Shown here: piece by piece, positions 8,757 to 16,294 of the stretch | Position numbering within the stretch: position 1 is the stretch's first letter | Layout of the letters: every line of letters begins with the position of its first letter | Assembly (NCBI GenBank): GCA_035601235.1 | Contig: DATNOR010000076.1 | Location: 29,275-93,274, forward strand | DNA: 64,000 nucleotides | Source: Gemmatimonadales bacterium | GTDB lineage: Bacteria; Gemmatimonadota; Gemmatimonadetes; Gemmatimonadales; GWC2-71-9 | Reading direction: 5' to 3' | Made by a program: the position numbers and the translations under genes | Notes under the pieces: generated by a model | Database searches by the model: none | What the model was told of the DNA's origin: nothing | Seen by the model: only the letters and a program-made list of their open reading frames with translations

Positions 8757-9196
8757 CGGTCTTCACGCACTTCCTCGCCACCACGCTGGGCGTGCAGGCG
8801 ATGGGACTCGAGGGGCGCGACAGGGTGCTTGCCTACGCCTTCGGGATGGGCGTCGACATCGACCACGTCGTCAAGGCACCGTTCTATCTCCGCGCCGTGG
8901 GGCTGCGGGACAAACGCGGCTACTACTGGCGCTCGTCACTGCAGGAGCCGGTGGCCCTCTTGTGGATCGTGCCGCTGTGCGTGTTTCTCGGCAGCGTCGT
9001 GCCGCTGCTGTTCTTCGCGATCCACGTCGCGATGGATTACAGCGTGCGCTTCGAGAAGATGCCGCTGTACCCCTACTCGACGTGGGTGACGCGCGGGTGG
9101 CTCGTCACGGTGCCCGACAAGCTCAAGGAAGGCACGCTGTTCGTGCTGCTGCTCGCGGGCTACGCGGCCCTGTACTGGTACCGTCACCGTGTTTGA
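8753..9196 (+). CDS. Small membrane-bound metal-dependent hydrolase-like protein (YdjM/DUF457-like)
   Basis: ATG 8753 overlaps the previous stop (ATGA). 147 aa. Has an N-terminal [13 protein letters not shown], a GVDIDHV motif and a later HVAMDY. Three or four hydrophobic helices. Confidence 0.5.
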   Translation: MTVFTHFLATTLGVQAMGLEGRDRVLAYAFGMGVDIDHVVKAPFYLRAVGLRDKRGYYWRSSLQEPVALLWIVPLCVFLGSVVPLLFFAIHVAMDYSVRFEKMPLYPYSTWVTRGWLVTVPDKLKEGTLFVLLLAGYAALYWYRHRV

Positions 9197-9791
9197 CTTC
9201 GCGCCCGCGATCGGACGGGGCGCCGACCGCGCGATCCGCCCGCTGCTGCGGCTGTGTCACGAGACACTCGGTCTGTCGCCCGCGCAGGTGACGTGGGCCG
9301 CGTTCGGGGCGAGCGCGGCAGCCGGCGTGGCGCTCGCGGCCGGACGCCTCGGCGTGGGGCTGGCCCTCATGGCGCTGGGACAGGTTGTGGACGGGATCGA
9401 CGGCGGGATCGCGCGGGCGTACGGCCTCGCGTCGGCTGCCGGGCGGCGGCTCGACACGCAGCTCGACCGCGCCTCCGAGGCGGCGATCTTCGCGGGGCTC
9501 GCCGCGGCCGGCCTGGTCTCGTGGCGGCTGGTGCTGCTCGCGCTCGCCGCGATCCTGCTGATGACCAGTATCGCCGATCGCTCGAAGCTCGACCCCGGGG
9601 TGAAGCGGTTCGCGCTCTACTTCGGAGTGTGGCTGCCGTACCCGCTCATTTTCAGCGTGATCTTCCTGGTCAATCTGACGGCGTACGTGGTCGGGCTGCT
9701 GATCATCGACTGTCGGTTTCAGCGGAAGATGGACGCCCTCGGTGGGGACCTCGACACGGTCGCCTCGCGCGCGGCGGCCCTCTCCGGCTAG
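9189..9791 (+). CDS. CDP-alcohol phosphatidyltransferase family protein (short form, 200 aa)
   Basis: GTG 9189 with an 8-nt overlap. Full signature [31 protein letters not shown] (D-x2-DG-x2-AR-x8-G-x3-D-x3-D). Confidence 0.85.
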   Translation: MFDFAPAIGRGADRAIRPLLRLCHETLGLSPAQVTWAAFGASAAAGVALAAGRLGVGLALMALGQVVDGIDGGIARAYGLASAAGRRLDTQLDRASEAAIFAGLAAAGLVSWRLVLLALAAILLMTSIADRSKLDPGVKRFALYFGVWLPYPLIFSVIFLVNLTAYVVGLLIIDCRFQRKMDALGGDLDTVASRAAALSG

Positions 9792-10750
9792 GCCCGGCCG
9801 GTTTCGAGCCCGCGCTCGGCGAGCGCCGGCGTGGGGACGGGCGCGGTCGCGTAGTAGATGGTGTGGGAGGCGAGCACCGCGCCTGCCACGATCAGGCCCG
9901 CGACCGCATCCACCGCGTAGTGAAACTGCCCGTACACCACCGACAGCACCAGCCCGATCGTAAACGGCGTGAGCACCAGTCCCAGGCGTCGCCAGTAGCG
10001 CAGCGCGCACACGGCCGCCACCACCGCGGCCGCGACGTGCGACGACGGAAACGCCGCGCCCCACGAGTCGCCGCGGTCGAGCAGCCACTGCGTCGCCCGC
10101 GCCGGCCACACGTCCGTCGCCGCGTTGTGCGCGAGATCGAACGCGTAGCGCGGTCCCGCCACCGGGAAAAACAGAAACACCACGTAGCACAGATAGAACG
10201 TGATCATCACGGCGAAGATGGTGTGCCGTGCCGCGGCGCGGCGACCGCTCAACCACAGCCCGAGCGGCGAAGCGTACAGAATGGCGTAGTAGGCGAGGTA
10301 ACAGCCGTGGAGAAACCACGACAGCAGCGGGTTCGGCATCTCGCGGATCCAGCGATACGAGAGCTGAGAGCCGAACGCCCACAGCTCGAGCCGCTGGACG
10401 GCCAGGTCGTGCTGGTAGGCGAGGTCCACGTTGAGGACGCCGACCTCTGCGTACAACCCGCCCAGCAGCAGCATGGGGTACCAGTCGCCCAGGAACTGAC
10501 CCACGGGGCCCGCCTGCCGCGCCGCGGGGGCGATCAGCACCAGGACCAGGATGAGGGCGTGCGCCGTGAGCAGCAGGTTCCAGCCGGCGTGATCGTGGCC
10601 GGAGAACGCCAGTACCGCGGCGGTCGCGACGGCGATGTAGACCAGGGTGACGACGTCCACGGCTGCGAACCGCTGTACGACGCTACGACGCCACGTTGCC
10701 TGTAACGACGTAAGACGTAGCGTCGTAGCATCGTACCACGATCTCGTCAC
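9788..10750 (-). CDS. PAP2-superfamily membrane protein of the Aur1/sphingomyelin-synthase-like type (candidate phosphosphingolipid synthase)
   Basis: GTG at 10750 overlaps the upstream SDR stop (GTGA) and follows GAAAGAGGGG. Multi-pass membrane protein. Contains [11 protein letters not shown] and [12 protein letters not shown] (S-x-H and H-Y-x2-D catalytic motifs). The canonical KxxxxxxRP of soluble-substrate PAP2 phosphatases is absent. Confidence 0.7.
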   Translation of the reverse strand: MTRSWYDATTLRLTSLQATWRRSVVQRFAAVDVVTLVYIAVATAAVLAFSGHDHAGWNLLLTAHALILVLVLIAPAARQAGPVGQFLGDWYPMLLLGGLYAEVGVLNVDLAYQHDLAVQRLELWAFGSQLSYRWIREMPNPLLSWFLHGCYLAYYAILYASPLGLWLSGRRAAARHTIFAVMITFYLCYVVFLFFPVAGPRYAFDLAHNAATDVWPARATQWLLDRGDSWGAAFPSSHVAAAVVAAVCALRYWRRLGLVLTPFTIGLVLSVVYGQFHYAVDAVAGLIVAGAVLASHTIYYATAPVPTPALAERGLETGRA

Positions 10751-11712
10751 AACCACCCCTCTTTCCGGTACCACTGCGCGGTTCGTCGCAGTCCGGTTTC
10801 GAGGTCGGTCTCGGGGCGCCATCCCGTGTCGCGCATCAGCGCCTCGGGGCGGCAGGTCCACGCCGGGGCGAGGAACTCGGCCGCCTTGTCCGACGAAAGC
10901 AGCGTCGCCCGGCCTGCCAGGTGGGCGACCGAGCCGATCATCCACAGCAGGCCGCGCACCACGGCGGCGGGCAGCGGGACGACGCGCGGCTCGCGGCCGA
11001 CCGCGCGCCCGATCGCCCGGACCAGCCCGCCGCTGGTGGTCACCGTGGGGTGAGCGGCGTAGTACACGCGATTCGCCGTGGCGGACGCGGCGGCCGCCAC
11101 CAGCGCGCGCGCCAGATCCCCTGCGTAGATGACCGACAGCTCCTGGGATCCGTCACCGAACACCGGGGCGAGCCCGAGCCGCGCCAGCTTGAACAGCTTG
11201 AGGACCTCGCGATCCCGCTCGCCGTATACGGTCGGCGGGCGCACGATGGTCCAAGGAAACGCCATCGCCCGCACCAGCACCTCCGCCGCGAGCTTGCTCT
11301 GGCCGTACGGCGTGACCGGGGACGGCGGCCGGGTCTCATCGATCGGGGCTCCCGGGCGCGTCGGGCCGGCGGCCGCGAGCGACGACACGAGCACGAACCG
11401 CCGCGGCGGCTGTTCGGCCGCGGCCTCGAGCACGTTGGCCGTGCCGTCGCGATTGGCCCGCATGAACTCGTCGAGACCGCGCGCGCTGATGCGTCCCGCG
11501 ACGTGGTAGATCACCTCCGCGCCGGCGCAGCCGTCGCGCAGGGCGCGCGCGTCGTCCAGGTCGCCCTGCACCAGCCGAATGTCGGTCCACCCCAGCGCCC
11601 TCGCTTTGGCGGGTGTACGAATCAGACACGTCACCGCGTCGCCCTGGGCCCGGAGCGCCCGCACCAGGTGCGCTCCGACGAAGCCTGTCCCGCCGGTGAC
11701 GAACGCCCTCAC
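10747..11712 (-). CDS. NAD(P)-dependent epimerase/dehydratase-family SDR (CerR-like candidate ketoreductase)
   Basis: GTG 11712 overlaps the GNAT stop (GTGA). Rossmann motif FVTGGTGFVGAHLV. Catalytic Y-x3-K in TPYGQSKLAAE. Confidence 0.8.
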   Translation of the reverse strand: MRAFVTGGTGFVGAHLVRALRAQGDAVTCLIRTPAKARALGWTDIRLVQGDLDDARALRDGCAGAEVIYHVAGRISARGLDEFMRANRDGTANVLEAAAEQPPRRFVLVSSLAAAGPTRPGAPIDETRPPSPVTPYGQSKLAAEVLVRAMAFPWTIVRPPTVYGERDREVLKLFKLARLGLAPVFGDGSQELSVIYAGDLARALVAAAASATANRVYYAAHPTVTTSGGLVRAIGRAVGREPRVVPLPAAVVRGLLWMIGSVAHLAGRATLLSSDKAAEFLAPAWTCRPEALMRDTGWRPETDLETGLRRTAQWYRKEGWL

Positions 11713-12920
11713 AGCGACTTGTCGTAGATCCGGTACGTCTTGTACGGACGAAAGCCGAGCTGCAGCGCGGCGTTCACCATCGGGACGTTGTCCTCGAGGA
11801 TCCAGCCGCCTTCGCCCCAGTGATAGCCGTGGATCGCGCCCTTGGTCCAGATCCAATGGTACATGAGGGCGTCCACGCCGCTCATGCGGTACTCTTTCAG
11901 CGTGCCGAGCAGCAGGATGCGGCAGCGATGAATCGTACGCGCGTACCAGAGAATCTTCGGCAGCCCGTACAGGCGCCCCGAGGGATTGTGCTTCAAGGCC
12001 ACGTTGAAATCGGGGAGCGCCACGGCGAATCCGATCACGTCACCCTCGCGCTCCGCGAAGCACACTAGGTCTGGCTCCACGATCGCCTTGAGCTGCTTGG
12101 CCAGGTGATCGATCTCGGCGTCGGTGAGGGGAACGAAGCCCCAGTTTTTCTCCCAGGCCCGGTTGTAGAGCGCCTTGACCAGCTCCACTTCTTGCTTGAA
12201 GCGCTTCATGTTCAACGGCCGCAGTGTGATGTGCTTGCGCTCGGCGATCACGGTGGCCGCGCGCGCGATGCGCTCGGGCATCCGGGCGTCGGGGCTCTCG
12301 AAGGCGAGCAGGTCTTTCGCCTTGGCGAAGCCGTAGCTGTCGTGCAGGCCGACGTAGTACGGCGGGTTGTGGGGCATCATCAGGGTGGGCGGCGTGTCGA
12401 AGCCCTTGACCAGCAGGCCGCACTCGTCGTTGACCGAGGGACTCATGGGCCCGCGCATGACCCGCAGGCCACGCTCGCGTAGCCAGGTGGCGGCGGTGTC
12501 GAACAGGGCCCGCGCCACCGCCGGATCGTCGATGCATTCGAAGAAGCCGTAGAAGCCGACCCGGTCGCCGTGTTCACGCGTATGCGCGTCGTTCTTGATG
12601 GCCGCGACTCGCCCGACGGTCCGACCGTTGACCCGCGCCAGAAAATACTGCGCCTGGGCGTGCTGGAAGAACGGGTTCTTAGCGGGCGTGAGCAGGGTGC
12701 GGACGTCCATCCGCAGCTGCGGGACCCACAGCGGATCGCCGCGGTAGTGGTCGTAAGGGAAGGCGATGAACTGCGAGAGACCGCGCCCGTCGCTGACGGG
12801 CGCGATCTCCGGAAGGCTCAGATGACCCCCAGCTCTTTGCCGAGCCGGGCGAACACCTCCAACGCGTGGTCGATCTGCTGCGCCGCGTGCGTCGCCATCA
12901 GGCTGGTGCGGAGGCGGCAA
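11709..12920 (-). CDS. GNAT-fold acyl-CoA N-acyltransferase, about 370-400 aa (bacterial-ceramide-synthase-like candidate)
   Basis: The conserved-looking N-terminus [21 protein letters not shown] begins just after the Spt stop. The only canonical start upstream of it is TTG 12920, which gives a 103-nt overlap with spt. The alternative is CTG 12821, overlapping the spt TGA. The C-terminal half ([18 protein letters not shown]...) looks GNAT-like. Confidence 0.65.
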   Translation of the reverse strand: MPPPHQPDGDARGAADRPRVGGVRPARQRAGGHLSLPEIAPVSDGRGLSQFIAFPYDHYRGDPLWVPQLRMDVRTLLTPAKNPFFQHAQAQYFLARVNGRTVGRVAAIKNDAHTREHGDRVGFYGFFECIDDPAVARALFDTAATWLRERGLRVMRGPMSPSVNDECGLLVKGFDTPPTLMMPHNPPYYVGLHDSYGFAKAKDLLAFESPDARMPERIARAATVIAERKHITLRPLNMKRFKQEVELVKALYNRAWEKNWGFVPLTDAEIDHLAKQLKAIVEPDLVCFAEREGDVIGFAVALPDFNVALKHNPSGRLYGLPKILWYARTIHRCRILLLGTLKEYRMSGVDALMYHWIWTKGAIHGYHWGEGGWILEDNVPMVNAALQLGFRPYKTYRIYDKSL

Positions 12921-14023
12921 TGCGACGGCGGCACCGCGGGCGGCACCACCGGATTGGTGAACACGCCCGCTTCGAACAGCTTGCGCCAGAACAGGAACGT
13001 CTTCTCGAGCGGGCCGATGAGCACCGGCACGATCGGCGTCTGGCTGGGGCCGATGTCGAACCCGATGGACCGCAATCCCTCCTGCAGCCGCCGCGTGTTG
13101 GCCCAGAGGCAGTCGCGGCGCTCGGGCTCACGCTGTAGCAGGTGGAGCGCCGCGAGCACGCCCGCCGTGTTGGCGGGCGGCAGCGCGGCCGTGAAGATGA
13201 GCGGCCGCGAGTGGTGCTTGAGGAAGTGGATGACGCTCTCGGAGGCCGCCGCAAAGCCGCCGATCGAGGCGAGCGACTTGGAGAACGTACCCACGATGAT
13301 GTCGACCTCATCGGTGAGGCCGAAGTGCGCCGCGGTGCCGTCACCGCGGGGGCCGAGTACGCCCACGGCGTGCGCGTCGTCGATCGCGAGCGCGGCGCCG
13401 TACTTCTGCGCGATCTTGAGCAGATTCGGAATGTCGGCGATGTCACCTTCCATCGAGTAGACGCCGTCGACGATGATCATCATGCCGGTACCCGGGGACG
13501 CGTGCTGCAGCTTGCGCTCGAGGCTGCCCAGGTCGCCGTGGTTGAAGCGCACGGTCTCACCGTAGGACATCTTGGCGCCGTCCACGATCGACGCGTGGTC
13601 GAGCTTGTCGAGGAACACCACGTCGCCCCGACCCACGAGCCCAGAGATCAGGCCGAGGTTCGCTTGGTAGCCCGTCGAGAAGACGAGACACGCTTCCTTC
13701 CCGAAGAACTCGGCCAGCTCCTGCTCCAGCCGCTCGTGCAGATCGAGCGTGCCGTTCAGGAGCCGGCTGCCAGTGCAGCCCGACCCGTAGCGCTCGAGCG
13801 CCTGCTTGGCGGCCGCGAGCACCTCCGGATGATGGGTGAGCCCCAGGTAGTTGTTGGAGCCCATCATGATCCGCTCTTTGCCCTCGATGACGACGACCGT
13901 GTCTTCGGAGTGCGAGATCGGCCGGAAATACGGGTACAGGCCGGCAGCCTGCAGCTCCCGGGCCTTGGTGAAGGTTTTGCACTTATCGAACAATGCGACG
14001 TGCTGCAGGGTCTCGGTGTGCAC
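12818..14023 (-). CDS. spt: Alpha-oxoamine synthase family enzyme, serine palmitoyltransferase-like
   Basis: GTG 14023. Contains [23 protein letters not shown] and [14 protein letters not shown]-lysine context is [14 protein letters not shown]. By recollection, GTFSKS and the LYPYFRP N-terminus are closer to characterised bacterial Spt than to BioF or Kbl. Confidence 0.8.
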   Translation of the reverse strand: MHTETLQHVALFDKCKTFTKARELQAAGLYPYFRPISHSEDTVVVIEGKERIMMGSNNYLGLTHHPEVLAAAKQALERYGSGCTGSRLLNGTLDLHERLEQELAEFFGKEACLVFSTGYQANLGLISGLVGRGDVVFLDKLDHASIVDGAKMSYGETVRFNHGDLGSLERKLQHASPGTGMMIIVDGVYSMEGDIADIPNLLKIAQKYGAALAIDDAHAVGVLGPRGDGTAAHFGLTDEVDIIVGTFSKSLASIGGFAAASESVIHFLKHHSRPLIFTAALPPANTAGVLAALHLLQREPERRDCLWANTRRLQEGLRSIGFDIGPSQTPIVPVLIGPLEKTFLFWRKLFEAGVFTNPVVPPAVPPSHCRLRTSLMATHAAQQIDHALEVFARLGKELGVI

Positions 14024-14148
14024 GGGGCCCCCAGGGCGGTGATGGGAAAATGCAGCCTACATGCTAGTGGCGGTGGCCTAAAACCGCAAGGGCACGAGAG
14101 ATGCGACGCGTCAGCACGCCCTCCCCTCGGAACGTAAGTTGAAGGGCG

Positions 14149-14856
14149 ATGCGCCCGCTGGCCGTGGCGATCACTTTGTTGACCGTCGCCGCGCAACCGG
14201 CGGCGACACAAGACCGGTATCACGTCGCCTGGTGGGATGCGGCGTCGGTGCTGGTCGCCGGTGGGCTGTCCGTCATTCCCGAAGTCGCGGGGCTGCCCCG
14301 CGGCGCACCGCCCTGCGCGCCGTGCGACCCCGCCTCGCTGTCCGGCATCGATCACGCGGCGCTGCACACCTTCTCGGGGTCCGCCGGGACCGCGAGCAGC
14401 GTGCTGCTCGCGGGCGTCGTCGCCGGCTCGGGGCTAGCGTCGCTCGCGGGAGCCACGCCGGCCCAGGTGCGGGGTCACGCGGTCGTGTACGCCAACGCGC
14501 TGGCATGGACGCTGGCGGCGTCCGAATGGCTCAAGGTGCTGGCGCACCGCAGCCGGCCGGTGCTCTACACGGCTGACGCGGCGGCGGCCGCTACCGACGT
14601 CGACAGCCGGCGTTCGCTTCCCTCGGGGCACGCGGCGCTCGCCTTCGCCGCGAGCACCGCGTACGTGGTGATGGCCGGCCGGGAGCGGCTGCCCCACCGC
14701 ACCCGCAACGCCGTCTTGTTGTATGCGGCATCGCTGGGCGTCGCGGCACTGCGGGTCTCCGCCGGCAAGCACTTTCCGACGGACGTCGCGGGCGGCGCGG
14801 CGCTCGGCGTGGGCGTCGGCTGGCTGGCGGCGCGCGTGCATCCCACCGGTCCGTGA
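14149..14856 (+). CDS. PAP2-family phosphatase (membrane/periplasmic)
   Basis: ATG 14149 with signal MRPLAVAITLLTVAAQPAA. Canonical acid-phosphatase motifs KVLAHRSRP, PSGH and SAGKHFPTDV. Confidence 0.85.
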   Translation: MRPLAVAITLLTVAAQPAATQDRYHVAWWDAASVLVAGGLSVIPEVAGLPRGAPPCAPCDPASLSGIDHAALHTFSGSAGTASSVLLAGVVAGSGLASLAGATPAQVRGHAVVYANALAWTLAASEWLKVLAHRSRPVLYTADAAAAATDVDSRRSLPSGHAALAFAASTAYVVMAGRERLPHRTRNAVLLYAASLGVAALRVSAGKHFPTDVAGGAALGVGVGWLAARVHPTGP

Positions 14857-14857
14857 C

Positions 14858-16246
14858 GTGAGCCAGCAGCTCCCCCGCGTGATGCGGCTGCGCGACGTGG
14901 TGCTCTTCAACATCAGCGCCATCGTTGGGCTGCGCTGGCTCACCACCGCCGCGAGCCAGTTCGGGCTCGCCAGTCTCGGCCTCTGGCTCCTGGCGATGAT
15001 CGTGTTCTTTCTGCCCTCGGCGGTCGCCGTGCGGGAGCTGGCCGATATCGATCCCGCGGCGGGTGGGATCTACCGCTGGGTGCGGCGGGCGTTCGGACCG
15101 CTGCACGGGTTCGTAGCGGGGTGGGGATACTGGGTGAACAACCTGTTCTACTTTCCTTCGCTGCTCGTCGCGACGGCGGCGATCGCCGCCTACGCCGCCG
15201 GCCCGCGCTTCGTGCACCTGGGCGACGATCCCGCGTTCATCGCGGCGCTGTCGCTCGCCGGACTGTGGCTCGCCGTGGGCGTGAACGTGGTCGGCCTGCA
15301 GGTCGGGAAGCGGTTGCAGAACCTGGGGGGATACGGCACCTGGCTTCCCGCGCTGATCTTCGTGCTGCTCGCCGTCTGGTCCCTGGTGACGCGCGGCAGC
15401 GCGACGCCGCTCGCCGCGCGCGGGCTCGTCCCCGCGCGATTCGACCTCCCGTCGATCAACCTGTTCGCGACCATGACGTTCGCCTTCGCGGGACTCGAGC
15501 TGGCGCCCACGCTGGGCGACGAGATTCACGACGCCGCGCCGACCTTGCGACGCGGCGTGCTGCTCTCCGGATTCGCGATCGTGGCGATGTACGTGCTCGG
15601 CACGGGGGCCATGCTGGTCGCCCTGCCTCCGGACACGGTGAGCATCACCAACGGCATGCCGCAGGCGACGGCCGCGCTGGTGCAGCGGCTGGGCGCGGGG
15701 TGGCTGGCCCCGGTGGCGGGGCTCGTGGCGATCCTCCTGGTGCTCGGCAATCTCGGCGGGGTGGGCGCGTGGCTCGCTGGCTCGGCGCGGCTGCCGTACG
15801 TCGCCGGCGTGGACGGGGCGCTGCCCGCGGCGTTCGGCCGGATCCATCCGCGCTGGCAAACGCCGCACGTCGGGCTGCTCGTCCAGGGCGCGATCGCGAC
15901 CCTCTTCGTGATCGCGAGCCTCGTCGGCTCAAGCGTCAAGAGCGCCTACCTCGTGCTCACGCAGACCACCTTGATCCTGTATTTCATTCCGTATCTCTAC
16001 CTGTTTGCGACGTATCTGCGGCTGCGTCGCGAGCGGACGCCCGGCACCGCGCTGCTGGGGCTGGTCGGTCTCGCCGCGGTCCTCTTGTCCATCGTGCTCG
16101 GGTTCGTGCCTCCCGCCGACGAGGCGCATCCGTGGCTGTACGAGGGGAAGGTCGTGGGGGGCGTGATCGGATTCATGCTGCTTGGGGTAGTACTCGCGAA
16201 GCGCGGTGTGAGGAATCACACAGCCGCCGCGTCGGCCGCGCTCTAA
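14858..16246 (+). CDS. APC-superfamily amino acid permease
   Basis: GTG 14858, 1 nt after the PAP2 stop (alternative ATG 14882). Twelve hydrophobic segments. N-terminus MRLRDVVLFNISAIVGLRW and GGIYRWV. Confidence 0.85.
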   Translation: MSQQLPRVMRLRDVVLFNISAIVGLRWLTTAASQFGLASLGLWLLAMIVFFLPSAVAVRELADIDPAAGGIYRWVRRAFGPLHGFVAGWGYWVNNLFYFPSLLVATAAIAAYAAGPRFVHLGDDPAFIAALSLAGLWLAVGVNVVGLQVGKRLQNLGGYGTWLPALIFVLLAVWSLVTRGSATPLAARGLVPARFDLPSINLFATMTFAFAGLELAPTLGDEIHDAAPTLRRGVLLSGFAIVAMYVLGTGAMLVALPPDTVSITNGMPQATAALVQRLGAGWLAPVAGLVAILLVLGNLGGVGAWLAGSARLPYVAGVDGALPAAFGRIHPRWQTPHVGLLVQGAIATLFVIASLVGSSVKSAYLVLTQTTLILYFIPYLYLFATYLRLRRERTPGTALLGLVGLAAVLLSIVLGFVPPADEAHPWLYEGKVVGGVIGFMLLGVVLAKRGVRNHTAAASAAL

Positions 16247-16294
16247 AATGGAAGGTCGCGCCCGACCCTTTTCGAGGATCCCAGGAGTATCCGC

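Noticed and set aside
9123-10705. Long alternative-frame ORFs (9123..10382 minus, 9254..10705 plus) across the operon convergence point
   Set aside because: They compete with frames that carry the CDP-alcohol transferase signature and the PAP2 motifs. Their translations are Arg/Gly-rich.
16254-16272. Short hairpin GGTCG-CGCC-CGACC followed by CTTTT after the APC permease gene
   Set aside because: A 5-bp stem is too weak to call a terminator with confidence.
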